Below are positions 52,179-64,000 of a DNA stretch of 64,000 nucleotides, piece after piece. Source of the stretch: Octopus bimaculoides (lineage: Eukaryota); the NCBI RefSeq assembly GCF_001194135.2, contig NC_068984.1:62992513-63056512 (forward strand), written 5' to 3'. Within the stretch, counting starts at the first letter, position 1, and every line of letters starts with the position of its first letter. The position numbers and the translations under genes were made by a program. The notes below the pieces were generated by a model that was given only the letters and a program-made list of their open reading frames with translations, did not search any database and was not told where the DNA came from.

Positions 52179-53748
52179 CCACATACAATTGCATTTATAT
52201 GTATCGAACATTACACTGAAGAGATTCTTACCCATAAACATGGACTTTTATAATTACATTATGAGTAAGAATCGAAACAATTATATGTAATTTGCATTTA
52301 ATATTATCATTATTCATTATATTATACTATATTATATTATTATATGAATATAATGTAACATTATATTAATAAATTTTAATTTTTGAATTGCAAATTATAT
52401 ATCTCCATTCTCTTTTCATTTTTATAAATTCAATATATACCCATGTGAATTGTTAAGTTTTTCTCAACTAAACTGGGTAGTAAACAGCCAAGCCAGTAAA
52501 AAATTCGGACGTTTTCATCTTGTAAGAGGAACCTATTTTCCTTGTTTTGGATCTTAATATATATATATATATAATGTGTTACGTAGAACAGCACTCTATC
52601 AGCTAAGAGAGTAAAGATAAATTATGGTTTCGGCCAGGAAAACCCTGGGTAGGTGTATTTAACAAGAATTGTGGTTTTATTTACATCATTTGCCATTGCC
52701 ATTATGATATATATATATATATATGTATATATATCAATTCAGATGTTTGATAATTGCATGAGGTAGTTGTTTAGAACCTTCCCTATTTTCAGATGATTTA
52801 CTTCTTTCTCCCAAAACGTCATGATCTCATTCAATATATCATAAGCCTGTTGACTTTGCTTTCCAGCCTATTCCGTCTCGACAAAAGAAGTACAAACTGA
52901 GTAATGAGATGGATTTAATCGACCGTCCTTCTTACCAAAGTTAAGGCTATTTGCCAATATTAACAGCAGCGATGCTACCAGTCCTTTCATTATAACGATG
53001 ACTTTTATTATATCCCTAGTCGAAGTGGGAGCCTGTGAAAGCAAAATTCATAGTCTCTGCTTTTAATTATTGATAACTATTGATATCGTTAATTGAACTT
53101 TTTTTTTTCTGATAAGAGAGATATTGATTTAGAAATACACATCAAAGAAACAGTTTTGTCGGCTTAACAACGAAAAAAAAATATTGGCATGATTCTAATA
53201 GTCATATAGTTTGTACAAATGCATCAACAGTCTTCTCTTAGGTCTGCAGTACAATATTTCGAGGAGTAGCTTCTCAATAAATTCAGTATACATTCGTAGC
53301 GAAGCTTCCTCATTTACAATAGCTACAGTGTTGCGAAGTAGAATAAAATCTTATTATATGCATCAGCTCTCCTCACAAGAAGATAGAAAATGTGCTGACG
53401 GGTTTAATGTCTATCTCATTTTCTTCTGTTCCTACTTCAAGCACACATCAAACGCATCTGACGGCCTCCTTATTAAACCCTTCGCTCCATAAACACACGA
53501 GTAAACTAAACTAACTCAAGATACGGGCTAGGAGGAATTCTCAAGGTATCCCTACAAGGCACAATTTTTAACTTTTTCAAATATTTAATAAAGTGCTATA
53601 GTATATGTAATGCAATAAGGCATAGCAATAAGATTTAAGAACATATTTATTGCAAAGGAAAACTGAGGAACATTTAAATGTTGAATAGGCACCTTTGGAG
53701 TATATATAGCGCATATTTTTTGATTTGGCGAAATCAATCACATTAACT

Positions 53749-53900
53749 TGGCTAGTGGTTAGGATGTTATATTCACGACTGTCAGATCGTGGTTTTGACT
53801 CCCGGACCAGGTGAGGCGTTGTGTTCTTAGGCAAAACATTTAATTTCACTTACGTTACACTGCGAGCACTTCGACATCTGACGAGTGGTACACCATGTAC
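53749..53900 (+). mobile_element. tRNA-derived SINE head
   Basis: TGGCTAGTGGTTAGG...GGTTTTGACTCCCGGACC...TGTGTTCTTAGGCAAAACATTTAATTTCAC, similar to 47511. Confidence 0.6.
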
Positions 53901-54430
53901 CTATACAGACAGTGTCGATTTGCTATATTCAGTACAAACATATGATCGCTATAGACAAACCAACAACTTCAACAACACAGACACCACTATTGCCATCATT
54001 ATCCACAAAAACAATAACATCAACAACACAACGGCAAAGGTAATAAACATAAGCGCTTCAGATCAATTATTTCAGAATCAACTAGCACAAATTAATCCGT
54101 CATTGCTCTACAAGAATACCTCATTTTCCGTAAGCTTTCTCGATATCACCAACTACACGCGCACGCATATACACATAATTCATGTATATGTACGTGTGCG
54201 TATGTGTATATAGAAAATATATAAATATATCAAATACCATACAACATAAATAAATGCTGTTTTATTCTCGAATTAGTTATCAAAGGTTTGGGTGACAAGT
54301 AAATTTCTGTTACATATGTAAATATTTTTCTACTATAGAAAAGCCTGAAATTTTGAGGAAGAATAGGGAGGTTGTCGATTATTTTAGTTATACCTCTCTG
54401 TAAGCATTGAGATATTCCTTGTTTAAAGTT

Positions 54431-55418
54431 TATATACAGATTTTCTACAGAATTTTGAGCTATCACTGCAAGTTACAATGTTTCATATACGAATATATTC
54501 ACTTAAACAATGCGACCGAAGATAGAAAAATAGGTAATGGGTGTATGTATATATATATATATATTCCAAGATTTACTGCTTCTTCATCAGCGCNNNNNNN
54601 NNNNNNNNNNNNNNNNNNNNNNNNNNNNNNNNNNNNNNNNNNNNNNNNNNNNNNNNNNNNNNNNNNNNNNNNNNNNNNNNNNNNNNNNNNNNNNNNNNNN
54701 NNNNNNNNNNNNNNNNNNNNNTATATATGTATGTATATATATATATATATTCCAAGATTTACTGCTTCTTCATCAGCGCCACATCCAACCCATCAACTAT
54801 CCACGAGTGAATTGCTTAGAAACACACTAAGTTTTAGCGTTGTAATACTGTTGGATAAACCAATTTGCTTATTAAACACATTCTTTGCAACTGGTACGTA
54901 AATATTAATCGCTAGCAAGGACATAGAATTTTGTTTTGCAACCATGCTATACTATGAAGTATATTAAAGGTTTTCAAGTCAATACTGTGTCTTAATTTTG
55001 TGTTAGCAGTGCGATGTTCTCATATTGTGTCAGCAGTGCTATCTTCTCATTATGCACAATATTGACGTTTAAAACGTTTAATGTACTTGATATAATATTA
55101 TGCTTGCAAAACTAAATACTGTGCCCTTGCTAGCAACTAATATTTACGTACCAGTTGCCAGCAATGCGTTTGATACGTAAATTGCTGTAACCAATTGTTA
55201 CACAGCTAAGATTTAGTAAGTATCTAAACAATGCGTTTGTGGCTAGTTGATGGGTTGGATGTAGCGCTGATGAAAGAGCAATAACTCTTGAAATATGCAT
55301 ATACATCCATAACCTATTTTTTCTATCGTCGATCGCATTGTTTACAAAGAGAGATTCGCATATGAAATGTCGTAACTTTCTGTGAAGGTTCTGGTTCTAT
55401 AGAAAATCTATAGAGATA
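54431..55418. mobile_element. Fold-back element with long inverted arms (left arm interrupted by gap)
   Basis: 54431-54989 versus 55056-55418 reverse complement, e.g. CTTCATCAGCGCCACATCCAACCCATCAACTA / TAGTTGATGGGTTGGATGTAGCGCTGATGAA and GCAACTGGTACGTAAATATTA / TAATATTTACGTACCAGTTGC. Confidence 0.85.
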
Positions 55419-57025
55419 GGCTTAAAAATTACGTATATAAATGTCAGCGCATAATCGTCTTTAGAGTACGATGGCTAAACATTATTTTTTGAAATAGCAG
55501 TAACTGAATGATTAAAAGTTCCCCCAGAAATTTTTGAAATCCTAAATAGAGATATTTACTAATTTAGAATCGACTATTTTTTTCTATTTCATTTGTATCC
55601 CTGCTAGAGGTTTCAGAACTTCATTGCATGTTAAAGAGTGATAGCCTATATATTACACAACCTGCTAGAAATAGATACCAAATACCATTCAAATAATATT
55701 CTAATGCAGAGTATATTATGTAATATCGTTCTAGATACCCATAAAAGGGGGATTGTATTGGTAAGACTGCTTTTATCAGAGATCCGCTCGATCAATATTG
55801 ACCTGGAGGCTAAACAATTACAAAATATTTTTTTTTATTTGTGGTCTTCAAATAAAAGTTAAAGCTATTACATTACATTTTAACGTTTAACAACGTAATA
55901 TAATATTTAACAGTATACGTATTACAGCTGGAGCTTATACCAAGCTTTCTGTTATATGGATAGCGGGTGTTAACATTAGTTATTTTCAAAGGCACTAAAA
56001 CTGTAACTGTTCTACAATATTAAATTATCACTTCAGAGCTATCATATATGTTTGCGTGTGTGGTATGTGTGTTTCTCTGTGTATGCACATGTATATATGT
56101 ATATATATGTACATATATATACATATATACATATATATATAAATATACATATGTATATATTTATATGTATATATATGTGTGTNNNNNNNNNNNNNNNNNN
56201 NNNNNNNNNNNNNNNNNNNNNNNNNNNNNNNNNNNNNNNNNNNNNNNNNNNNNNNNNNNNNNNNNNNNNNNNNNNNNNNNNNNNNNNNNNNNNNNNNNNN
56301 NNNNNNNNNNNNNNNNNNNNNNNNNNNNNNNNNNNNNNNNNNNNNNNNNNNNNNNNNNNNNNNNNNNNNNNNNNNNNNNNNNNNNNNNNNNNNNNNNNNN
56401 NNNNNNNNNNNNNNNNNNNNNATATATATATATATATAAACAAATATATATATATATGTATGTATACAGAAAATATATATCTGTATGCAGTATGTGTGTA
56501 TATATATATAAATATAAAACTATCTATGTATTATGCATGTGTATGTGTATGTCTATTTGTGTGTTTGTATGGGTGCCTGTGAGCGTCTGTGTGACTTCCT
56601 TTCTAAATACTGTTAGACTTTGAAGTTTAATAGTTTTCTTTTGGGTTGCTTTGTTTTTTGTTTTGTTACTTTTTTCGTTAAGCTGATCGAAAATTTTTCT
56701 TTGATAAGTAAGTATATATAAATCAACATATCTCTTTTATCTAGAGAAAACACCACAGATATCAATAATTATTTCAGCTCCGGACAATATGTGATCGTTT
56801 CTCTAAGTTCTCGGCTTCTATATTATGCCAATATCAATATGGGAGTCTAACTCGGTATGCTAGAAATAACACACAAATCTCCCTAAAAAAAGAAGACCTG
56901 TCCTGTAAGGCAAAAGAAATTGGATAATCGTTGTCACAAGTACAGTAGAATTCAGCGAAAATGTTTCAGAAAAAGTCAAGAATAAAAGTCATAGAAAAAA
57001 AAAAGTCACTGGGAAAATGTCCACA

Positions 57026-57408
57026 AGGTGCAGACGTGGCTGCGTGGTAAGAAGTTTTCATCCAAACCACATGGTTCCGGGTTCAGTCCCACTGCATGGC
57101 ACTATTAGTAAGTGTCTTTTACTATAGTCTCGGACCGACTAAAGCATTCGAGTGGATATGGCAGACGGAAACTGAAAGAAGCACACATGTGTGTCTGTAT
57201 TTGTGTCTGTGTTTGTTCTCCCACAATCGTTTGACAACCGATGTTGGTGTGTTTATGTTTCCGTAACTTTTAGGCTCGGCAGAAGAATCAATAGAATAAG
57301 TACTAAGCTTACAAATAATAAGTCATGGAATTGATTTTTTCGATTAAACCCTTTTATGGTGGTGCTCCACCATGGACGCAGTCAAATTCCTGAAACAAGT
57401 AAAAGAAT
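57026..57408 (+). mobile_element. SINE family A, full-length
   Basis: GGTGCAGACGTGGCTGCGTGGTAAG (A box)...GGTTCCGGGTTCAGTCCCAC (B box)...GAAACAAGTAAAAGAATA. Confidence 0.93.
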
Positions 57409-57419
57409 ATATGTTTAAA

Positions 57420-57655
57420 GTTGTGTGTGTGTCTCTCTGTATGTTTGTTTGTCCCCAACTACCGCTTGACAACCGTTGTTAGTGTGTTTACGTTCCCGTA
57501 ACTTAGCGGTTCGGTAAAACAGACCGATAGAATAAGTACGAGGCTTCGAAAAATAGATCCTAGGATCCAGCTGTTCGACTAAAATCCTTCAAAGTGGTGC
57601 CCCAGCATGGCCGCAGTCAGTCAAATGACTGAAACAAGTAAAAGATAAAAGATAA
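57420..57655 (+). mobile_element. SINE family A, 3' half, tandem to the previous copy
   Basis: Begins at the central (TG)n and ends GAAACAAGTAAAAGATAAAAGATA. Confidence 0.88.
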
Positions 57656-58296
57656 GACTGTTGCAGAGTTCCTTGGCGGCGTTGGCGGGAATATTCGTCT
57701 TAATCATCAACATAACAAAAACAAAAACAAAAAAAATCAAATTGAATATAAACTATGCAGTTCTCTAATAAATATTTTATTAACATGAATAACATTGTTT
57801 GAAGTGATATAGGAGAAACAAGATGCCGTGCATGTAATCCTTGAACAGAATATGATGGTGTCACTGTCATATTGGACCAAATAATACTACACTTGTTAAA
57901 TATGTTTTACACAATTAAATATTTTATACTTAAACAAATATAATTAACTATACATGCTTGAAATATTATTATTTGTGTTTTTTATAGCAAATTTAATGAA
58001 ATTTGTTTTAGCAATTTTTTGTTTCGTTGCTTTCTTTAGATTTTGATTTTATGGTTGTAGTATAAATGGTCGACTGTAATTATTGTGGTTAATGATATGG
58101 AGAAATAGCATTTAGTTTCACAAGAGCAAAAGCGAGTGACTTCAGTGAATCGGTTCCGATATCAAAGCAAATCCACTCAGTGTTCTCAAAACTATGATGA
58201 GGAGTTTAAAATTATCATACTGACAATACTGTTGTTTGTACATGTATAGAATATCGTCTGCTAAAGTGAAAGCTTTTGAAAATCTGAAAAGCTCGG

Positions 58297-58373
58297 TTAA
58301 TAATAACAACAACAGCAACAACAACAACAACAATAACAACAACAATGACAATAACAACATCATCATCATCATG

Positions 58374-58418
<45 letters not shown>
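58297..58418. repeat. Compound (AAC)n-(ATC)n-(ATT)n microsatellite
   Basis: Direct reading. Confidence 0.95.
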
Positions 58419-58420
58419 GG

Positions 58421-59344
58421 TTAATGTTGACATTATTACGCGGAAACGAAATGGAAAAACAAAAAAAACATAGTGTAACGGGTGTAAAAAAAAAAGGTGT
58501 AGGAAACGAATATGAAAACAAAAATGCCCGGAAAACAACGGGGGTGGGAGGAGAGGCCTTCCGAAATTCACAAGATCCGATGTTTTTCCCTTGTAACTTT
58601 AAGGAAAATGGATATCATTCTACTTCACACCCACTTAGGNNNNNNNNNNNNNNNNNNNNNNNNNNNNNNNNNNNNNNNNNNNNNNNNNNNNNNNNNNNNN
58701 NNNNNNNNNNNNNNNNNNNNNNNNNNNNNNNNNNNNNNNNNNNNNNNNNNNNNNNNNNNNNNNNNNNNNNNNNNNTAGTAGAGACAGACAGACAGATGTG
58801 TGTGTGTGTATGTATGAGCGTCTAGCAACACAATCTGTATCACGTCCTCAGGTTGTTGTTTTTTTTTTGTTGTTTTTTTGTCTTTTTCCTTTTTTGAACC
58901 TATATATATATATGTATATATAAAAGCACTCCAGTTGCTTTCCACGCATTTTTGTTTTGAGATTCCTTTTCTACGTGGGTATGAATTAAAAGGATATCCA
59001 TTGTCCTCACAGTTACGAGAGAAAAACATCGGATCTTGTGGATTTTCCGAAGTCCGAAATCCCCATCCCCTCGAAAAGATTTTCCACACAAATTTCTTTA
59101 TAATCGTAATCTATGACGTTTGAAAGGTATTTATATAAAATTTCATTAAAAAAAAAAAACATTTTCCTAAAAGTTATGAAGGAAAACATTGGATCTCATG
59201 AATTTTCCAAAGGCCTCTCGCTATCTCCGTCGCTTTCCGGGCATTTTTGTTTTCATATTCATTTCCTAGACCTTTTTTTTACACCCGTTGCACAATTTTT
59301 TTTTCTTTTTCGATTTTGTTTTCGAGTAATAATGTCAACATTAA
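58421..59344. mobile_element. MITE/fold-back with ~190-bp inverted ends terminating in TTAA
   Basis: TTAATGTTGACATTATTAC...CAAAAATGCCCGGAAA...GATCCGATGTTTTTCC versus GGAAAACATTGGATC...TTTCCGGGCATTTTTG...GTAATAATGTCAACATTAA. A third partial arm lies at ~58960-59075. Confidence 0.85.
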
Positions 59345-59389
59345 CTTTAGTATCATTTCTGTCTGTAATTTTACAATGACAAATAAATT

Positions 59390-59708
59390 CTGGCATACCT
59401 CAACTTATATCTTTTCGAGTTACGTCTTCTTCAACTTAAACATTGTTTTTTTAAAGAAATATGTGGAAAAATATAAACCTCAACTTCAGAGATTTATATG
59501 CCTTTACGTTAATTTCAGAGTATAATTATTTAAAAGTATTAAAAAATAGCACTTGGAAACCAATAATGGAGTGGAGAAACAAATAAAATATATGTGAAAA
59601 TATGTGCAAACTGGGCTGCTAAATTTTTTTTATGTTTTTCATGTTACGTCCTTTCCAGAGAAAAATCGCATGTGTTGGAACCAATTAACGTCAGTTGAGG
59701 TATGTCTA
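59390..59708. mobile_element. Tigger-family MITE
   Basis: CTGGCATACCTCAACTTA...GGAACCAATTAACGTCAGTTGAGGTATGTCTA-TA; same subterminal GGAACCAATTAACG as 8392-8407. Confidence 0.8.
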
Positions 59709-60231
59709 TACTCACTTTATTTAGGAATGTGTGCATGTGTGTGCTGTTTGTTTGTATGGATGAACCGAGAGTGAGGGAACGGTATGCAGATACAGATACA
59801 ACACGCATACACGAATTCGAGTATAACCACCTTCCTGTGGACATATGCCTGTAGCTAGCTTTACTTCTTCACAGGCTCTTGAATGACTGTTCAGCTCTGT
59901 CTTTATTTACCGATGGAGTACATAATTTTGACTCGGAACTCATCAACAGGGGCTCTGTCTCTGTAAAATCGTTCCGAACAGATTTTCGACCCGGTAGTGC
60001 ATAAACATACCTTTGAACATAAGGAAAAGCAATGCTCCGTTAGGGCTGCTGAAGCTATGTGCATATGAGCACCCTGTGTTCTTCATTTTAAATCTGGACT
60101 TTCATAGGTTCAAGACTGGTTTTGAAAGTCGGACACCACCATACAAACTTTCAATAACTTGCATTTCGCTATTTGATGGTCAGTTCATTTTTGTACAAAC
60201 CTCAAACTGTTCTTTATAGTTGTAGAGCTAT

Positions 60232-60347
60232 ATGTATGTATGTATGTATGTATGTATGCATGTATGTATGTATGTATATATGTATGTATGTATGTATGTA
60301 CGTATGTATGTACGTATGTATGTACGTATGTATGTATGTATGTATGT
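60232..60347. repeat. (ATGT)n tetranucleotide microsatellite
   Basis: Direct reading; an inverted-orientation (ATAC)n block lies at ~60545-60710. Confidence 0.95.
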
Positions 60348-61063
60348 AAATATATATAGGTTTACGATGCAAACAAGAAAAATATGAGTCAGAATAAGAG
60401 TGTATATATATATATTTTAATGGATTTGATAAGTGCTAACGCACGAAACTCTCAGTCCTTGAGTCACTCTGTTTCTTCAGCTAAATAACTTCATCAACAA
60501 TAATAACAACAACAACCACAACAACAACAATAATAATAATAGACATGCATGCATACATACATGCATACATACACACATGCGCACACACATACACATGCAT
60601 ACACACATACATACACACATACATACACATATGCATACTTACATACATACGTACATACATACGTACATACATACATACATACATACATACATACATACAT
60701 ACACACATATATGGGACAATGTAAATCACTATAACTCAGTGGAAAGTTTGTCCAAGAGTATTTTTTCTGCAGTAAGGTTTTGGCCTGTAAATAAGACCTA
60801 CCATATGTTAATATGGCGGGCAAGTAAATAATCGAGGTGACAAAAGCTTTGCAATATTCAGCAACACTAAATTTGTAATATGTCATAATGTAATATGTCA
60901 TAAAGGAGAGATTTTATTAAATAATTGTTAAATAACAATACATTGCAAAAGATTTAAAGGGATATCAACCTTCGGCTTTAGTCCTGTAAATTTAGTAAAA
61001 TGGGAATGTATAATCGTCAGCGGAAGTGGGATAGGTAGTAGTATATTTTAAAAACTAAGGCTG

Positions 61064-61225
61064 TAAACTGGCAGAATCGTTAGCACATTGGACAAAATGC
61101 TTAGCGATGTTTCTTCCGGCGCCTTGCGCTCTGAGTTAAAATCTTATCGAAGTCGACTTTGCCTTTCATTCCTTCGATAAGTTAGAGTACCAGTCAAATA
61201 TAGGAATTGATATAACTGACACAAT
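61064..61225 (+). mobile_element. SINE family B, diverged
   Basis: CTGGCAGAATCGTTAGCAC...AAATGCTTAGCG...GTCGACTTTGCCTTTCATTCCTTCGATAA. Confidence 0.8.
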
Positions 61226-62571
61226 CCATTAAAATGGTTGGCCTTGTCCCAAAATCTGAAACCAATATATGAAAGAACCTACAGAGATATCTAGGTTCAA
61301 TTCCCTCTGGGTTGTAATCTATTTATTATTATCCCTTATGTGTGTTCTTTATTTCTGAATGCGCTGCTTTGCAAATTTATATAGAAAAAAAACTATTTGG
61401 GGGAAGGCAAAAATGCAGTTGAGAATAAAATATCAATAATTCCCTGTCATAACTCTTCATAGGAGCCCTTATCTAGAGAGAAAGAGAAACAGAGAGTGAG
61501 AAAAATAATCTTTATGAAAACGTATAAAATATAGGCTTTAGACAGCAGCTACATTGCTTTCGATAATCTTCGTTATTTATGTTAGTAGTTCTTTGCGAAA
61601 GGTAAAAAAAAAATAAAATAAAATAAAAAGAATATCTTTTGATTTATTTGAAGTATCGTCGATTCAGTAAAATAGATATAGGGAGTTGATAAAAGAGATT
61701 TAACAAGATATATCCGGTGGAAAATAAATTAAGTTTTACATATTGGTTTTAACATGGCGAAACACTTTCAAAAGAGCAGCGAACTGGTTAAACCAGTGAA
61801 ACTTTTCATGACATTCACAGAGACGTATTATGTGGCAAATACATGAGTACTTTCAATATCCAAATCCTTCTATAAATTAGGGACAGTGAGTCTGATCAAA
61901 GTAAAAGCTAATCTCAGGCTGCATACTCCTAATAAGATTACAATTGGTAGCTTGTTGTTCTTAACGGACCACTCTCATCACGAAGCACTATATTCATAAC
62001 GAACCGACTCCATTTTCGAAATCGAAACACTCTCCTTTTATTATTAATTCTCCTGCGTCATATAATATCATTTAATATCACCTTTTATACTGTTATGCTT
62101 ATGTAAAAGGAAATCGGTTATTTTAATAAGCCCTAATTTTATTATTAATTTATTTTTACAATGTGCATTTAGATTAAGTATTCACTGTTTCTACTGTTGC
62201 ACCGTCTTACATTATATTTAATAGCTTATCCATTAATAGCCAACGCTAAAACCTACTTTCATAAACGAACATCAGAAATAAATATGACGAGTTATTATAT
62301 TGATTGTAGATTGAATATTACGTAATAGTACTTAACGTATTATTACGTAAAATTGTTCAATATACTCATTAAATCTTTAATGCATTAACAAGCATCATTC
62401 AATTTATAATGAAATCATATTGAACCATCACTAAAGCCATAAATACATATTCGATTAGATAAAATACCTTATTTCTGCAAGAGGTTTTCTTAAAATTACA
62501 ATAGAGTCTTGTAATTATTTCATTCTGAACATGTATGTAGATGCCAATATAGTACTGAAAGTTTCAAGTCC

Positions 62572-62697
<126 letters not shown>

Positions 62698-63156
62698 TCA
62701 GCTGAAAAGGAAATTTCTGAAGTTAAATTGTAGTTCCTAAAATGATTAGAAAATTTACATTGATGTTGTCGGGTCCTCAGCAAGTAAATTATTCTCATAA
62801 TTTTGACCTGCACTGCGTTAAATATGTTGGCATTACATTAACTGATGTTGCTCATATATGAGTCATACCTTCAGTCAGTCATTTACTTCATAATCTGAAG
62901 GAGCATCCAAGGTCATATGGGCTGACTGAAATGGCAGGGAACGGTTTGAGAGATTGGTAAGTTATTCTGGTAAACATCCAGTAGATGCTCACTAAATCGA
63001 TCAGCTAATATCTAACCGGCTTCTTTTCTTGGTAAATATAAACCACTGAGTTTCAATAAAGTGTACTTTTAGAGGTGCAAGAAAAAGTTAGTTGCATGGA
63101 AAGTGGACATTAGTGAATGCAGGGTAATATTGTTTTGCACGCAGGAACAACTGCTA

Positions 63157-63391
63157 AGGCGGCGAGCTGGCAGAAACGTTAGCACGCCGGGTGAGATGCT
63201 TAGCAGTATTTCGTCAGCCGCTACGTTTTGAGTTCAAATTCCGCCGAGGTCAACTTTGCCTTTCATCCTTTCTAGGTCGATTAAATAAGTACCAGTTACG
63301 CACTGGGGTCGATGTAATCGAATTTATCCCTTTGTCTGTCCTTGTTTGTCCCTTCTATGTTTAGCCTCTTGTGGGCAATAAAGAAATAAGA
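63157..63391 (+). mobile_element. SINE family B, young copy
   Basis: Full length, with an 11-bp TSD AACAACTGCTA. Confidence 0.93.
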
Positions 63392-63399
63392 AACAACTG

Positions 63400-64000
63400 C
63401 TACAACATGAGCGGGAAAAAGAAACCACTGAAGTTGGGTACGACAAGAGATAGGAAAACATTTGGATAGATAGCCACGCAGATAACAGTCGGGTTTTGAA
63501 GAGGAGAGAATATCTTAGGAATCATGTGGGAAGTGATGATGTCTGATTGAAGTAAATATAAATTTCAGTGGTGAAATCGTGTGGTGAACTTGAAGAAATG
63601 TGGTGTGTAAGGGCGAGGAGGTAAGAATTACAGTCAAAAGCTAGGACACGGGTTGATGCAACAACAGCTGTTTGGCAGTCATCATCTCTGTAGAAAAGGT
63701 TGAACGTTTGACTGGAATTAACTCCAGGTCAGAATCTCACCTACAGAAGAGGCGTAAGAGAATGAATTGTGAGTACAGCAAAGCTGAATTTGTGAAGGAA
63801 ATAAATACAATAGAAGGATCAACTGAAGTGGAAATGTCTGTGAATACGGATGAGATGCGTTAGAGATAGCAGTCGTGAGATCTTACACAGGAATTCAGGG
63901 AAGAAATGAGGATGAATTGTTAGAGCGTAAAGGAATTTTTCGATGACACAACCAAAGGTTTTCTTGTGAAGCCTGTGATATGGGCGATTTTGTGTATCTC
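63400..64000 (-). mobile_element. Possible decayed LINE APE endonuclease region (CR1/L2-like)
   Basis: Pyrimidine-rich minus strand with remnants such as HITGFT, SLTHLIR and DILSSSKPDCY (cf. LDLFL.S.P..Y). Many stops are present. Confidence 0.35.

Noticed and set aside
54541-54779. Direct repeat of ~55 bp on either side of the N gap
   Set aside because: The same sequence flanks the gap on both sides, typical of an unmerged contig overlap at an (AT)n; probably an assembly artefact.
57026-57100. tRNA-like A/B boxes (here and in the other SINE heads)
   Set aside because: They continue into SINE bodies and do not fold as complete tRNAs. No true tRNA, rRNA or CRISPR array was found.
2691-58825. 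Long ORFs in the supplied track containing X runs or YI/CV/HT/poly-L/T/I repeats
   Set aside because: They are artefacts of N gaps and di- or trinucleotide microsatellites, not genes.
61745-61850. AACATGGCG (YY1-like) start and a 30-codon ORF as a possible promoter or first exon
   Set aside because: A single short motif with no CpG-rich context or convincing donor site.

Overview
This is AT-rich, microsatellite-dense eukaryotic DNA from a draft assembly, with many N gaps, most flanked by (AT)n. The SINE families and repeat landscape suggest a cephalopod, probably Octopus; that is an inference. I could not identify any host protein-coding gene. Nearly all ORFs in the supplied track are microsatellite or N-gap artefacts, or fragments of dead transposons. 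The window holds at least 7 Tc1/mariner remnants, 3 Tigger/pogo-family copies, LINE fragments (R4/Dong-like, HERO/NeSL-like, RTE, possible CR1/L2 and ORF1), a decayed Penelope-like element, and many tRNA-derived SINE copies from several families. It also has an unusual number of MITEs and fold-backs. The most interesting signals are: (i) a young ~155-bp element in two copies carrying a minimal type I hammerhead-ribozyme fold with a variant core; (ii) a second hammerhead-core-like motif inside a ~1-kb fold-back; (iii) a 113-bp, ~94% identical inverted repeat enclosing ~945 bp of mostly unique sequence; (iv) a ~1-kb fold-back next to interstitial TTAGGG repeats. Boundaries were read by eye and may be off by a few bases, or by tens of bases for decayed elements.
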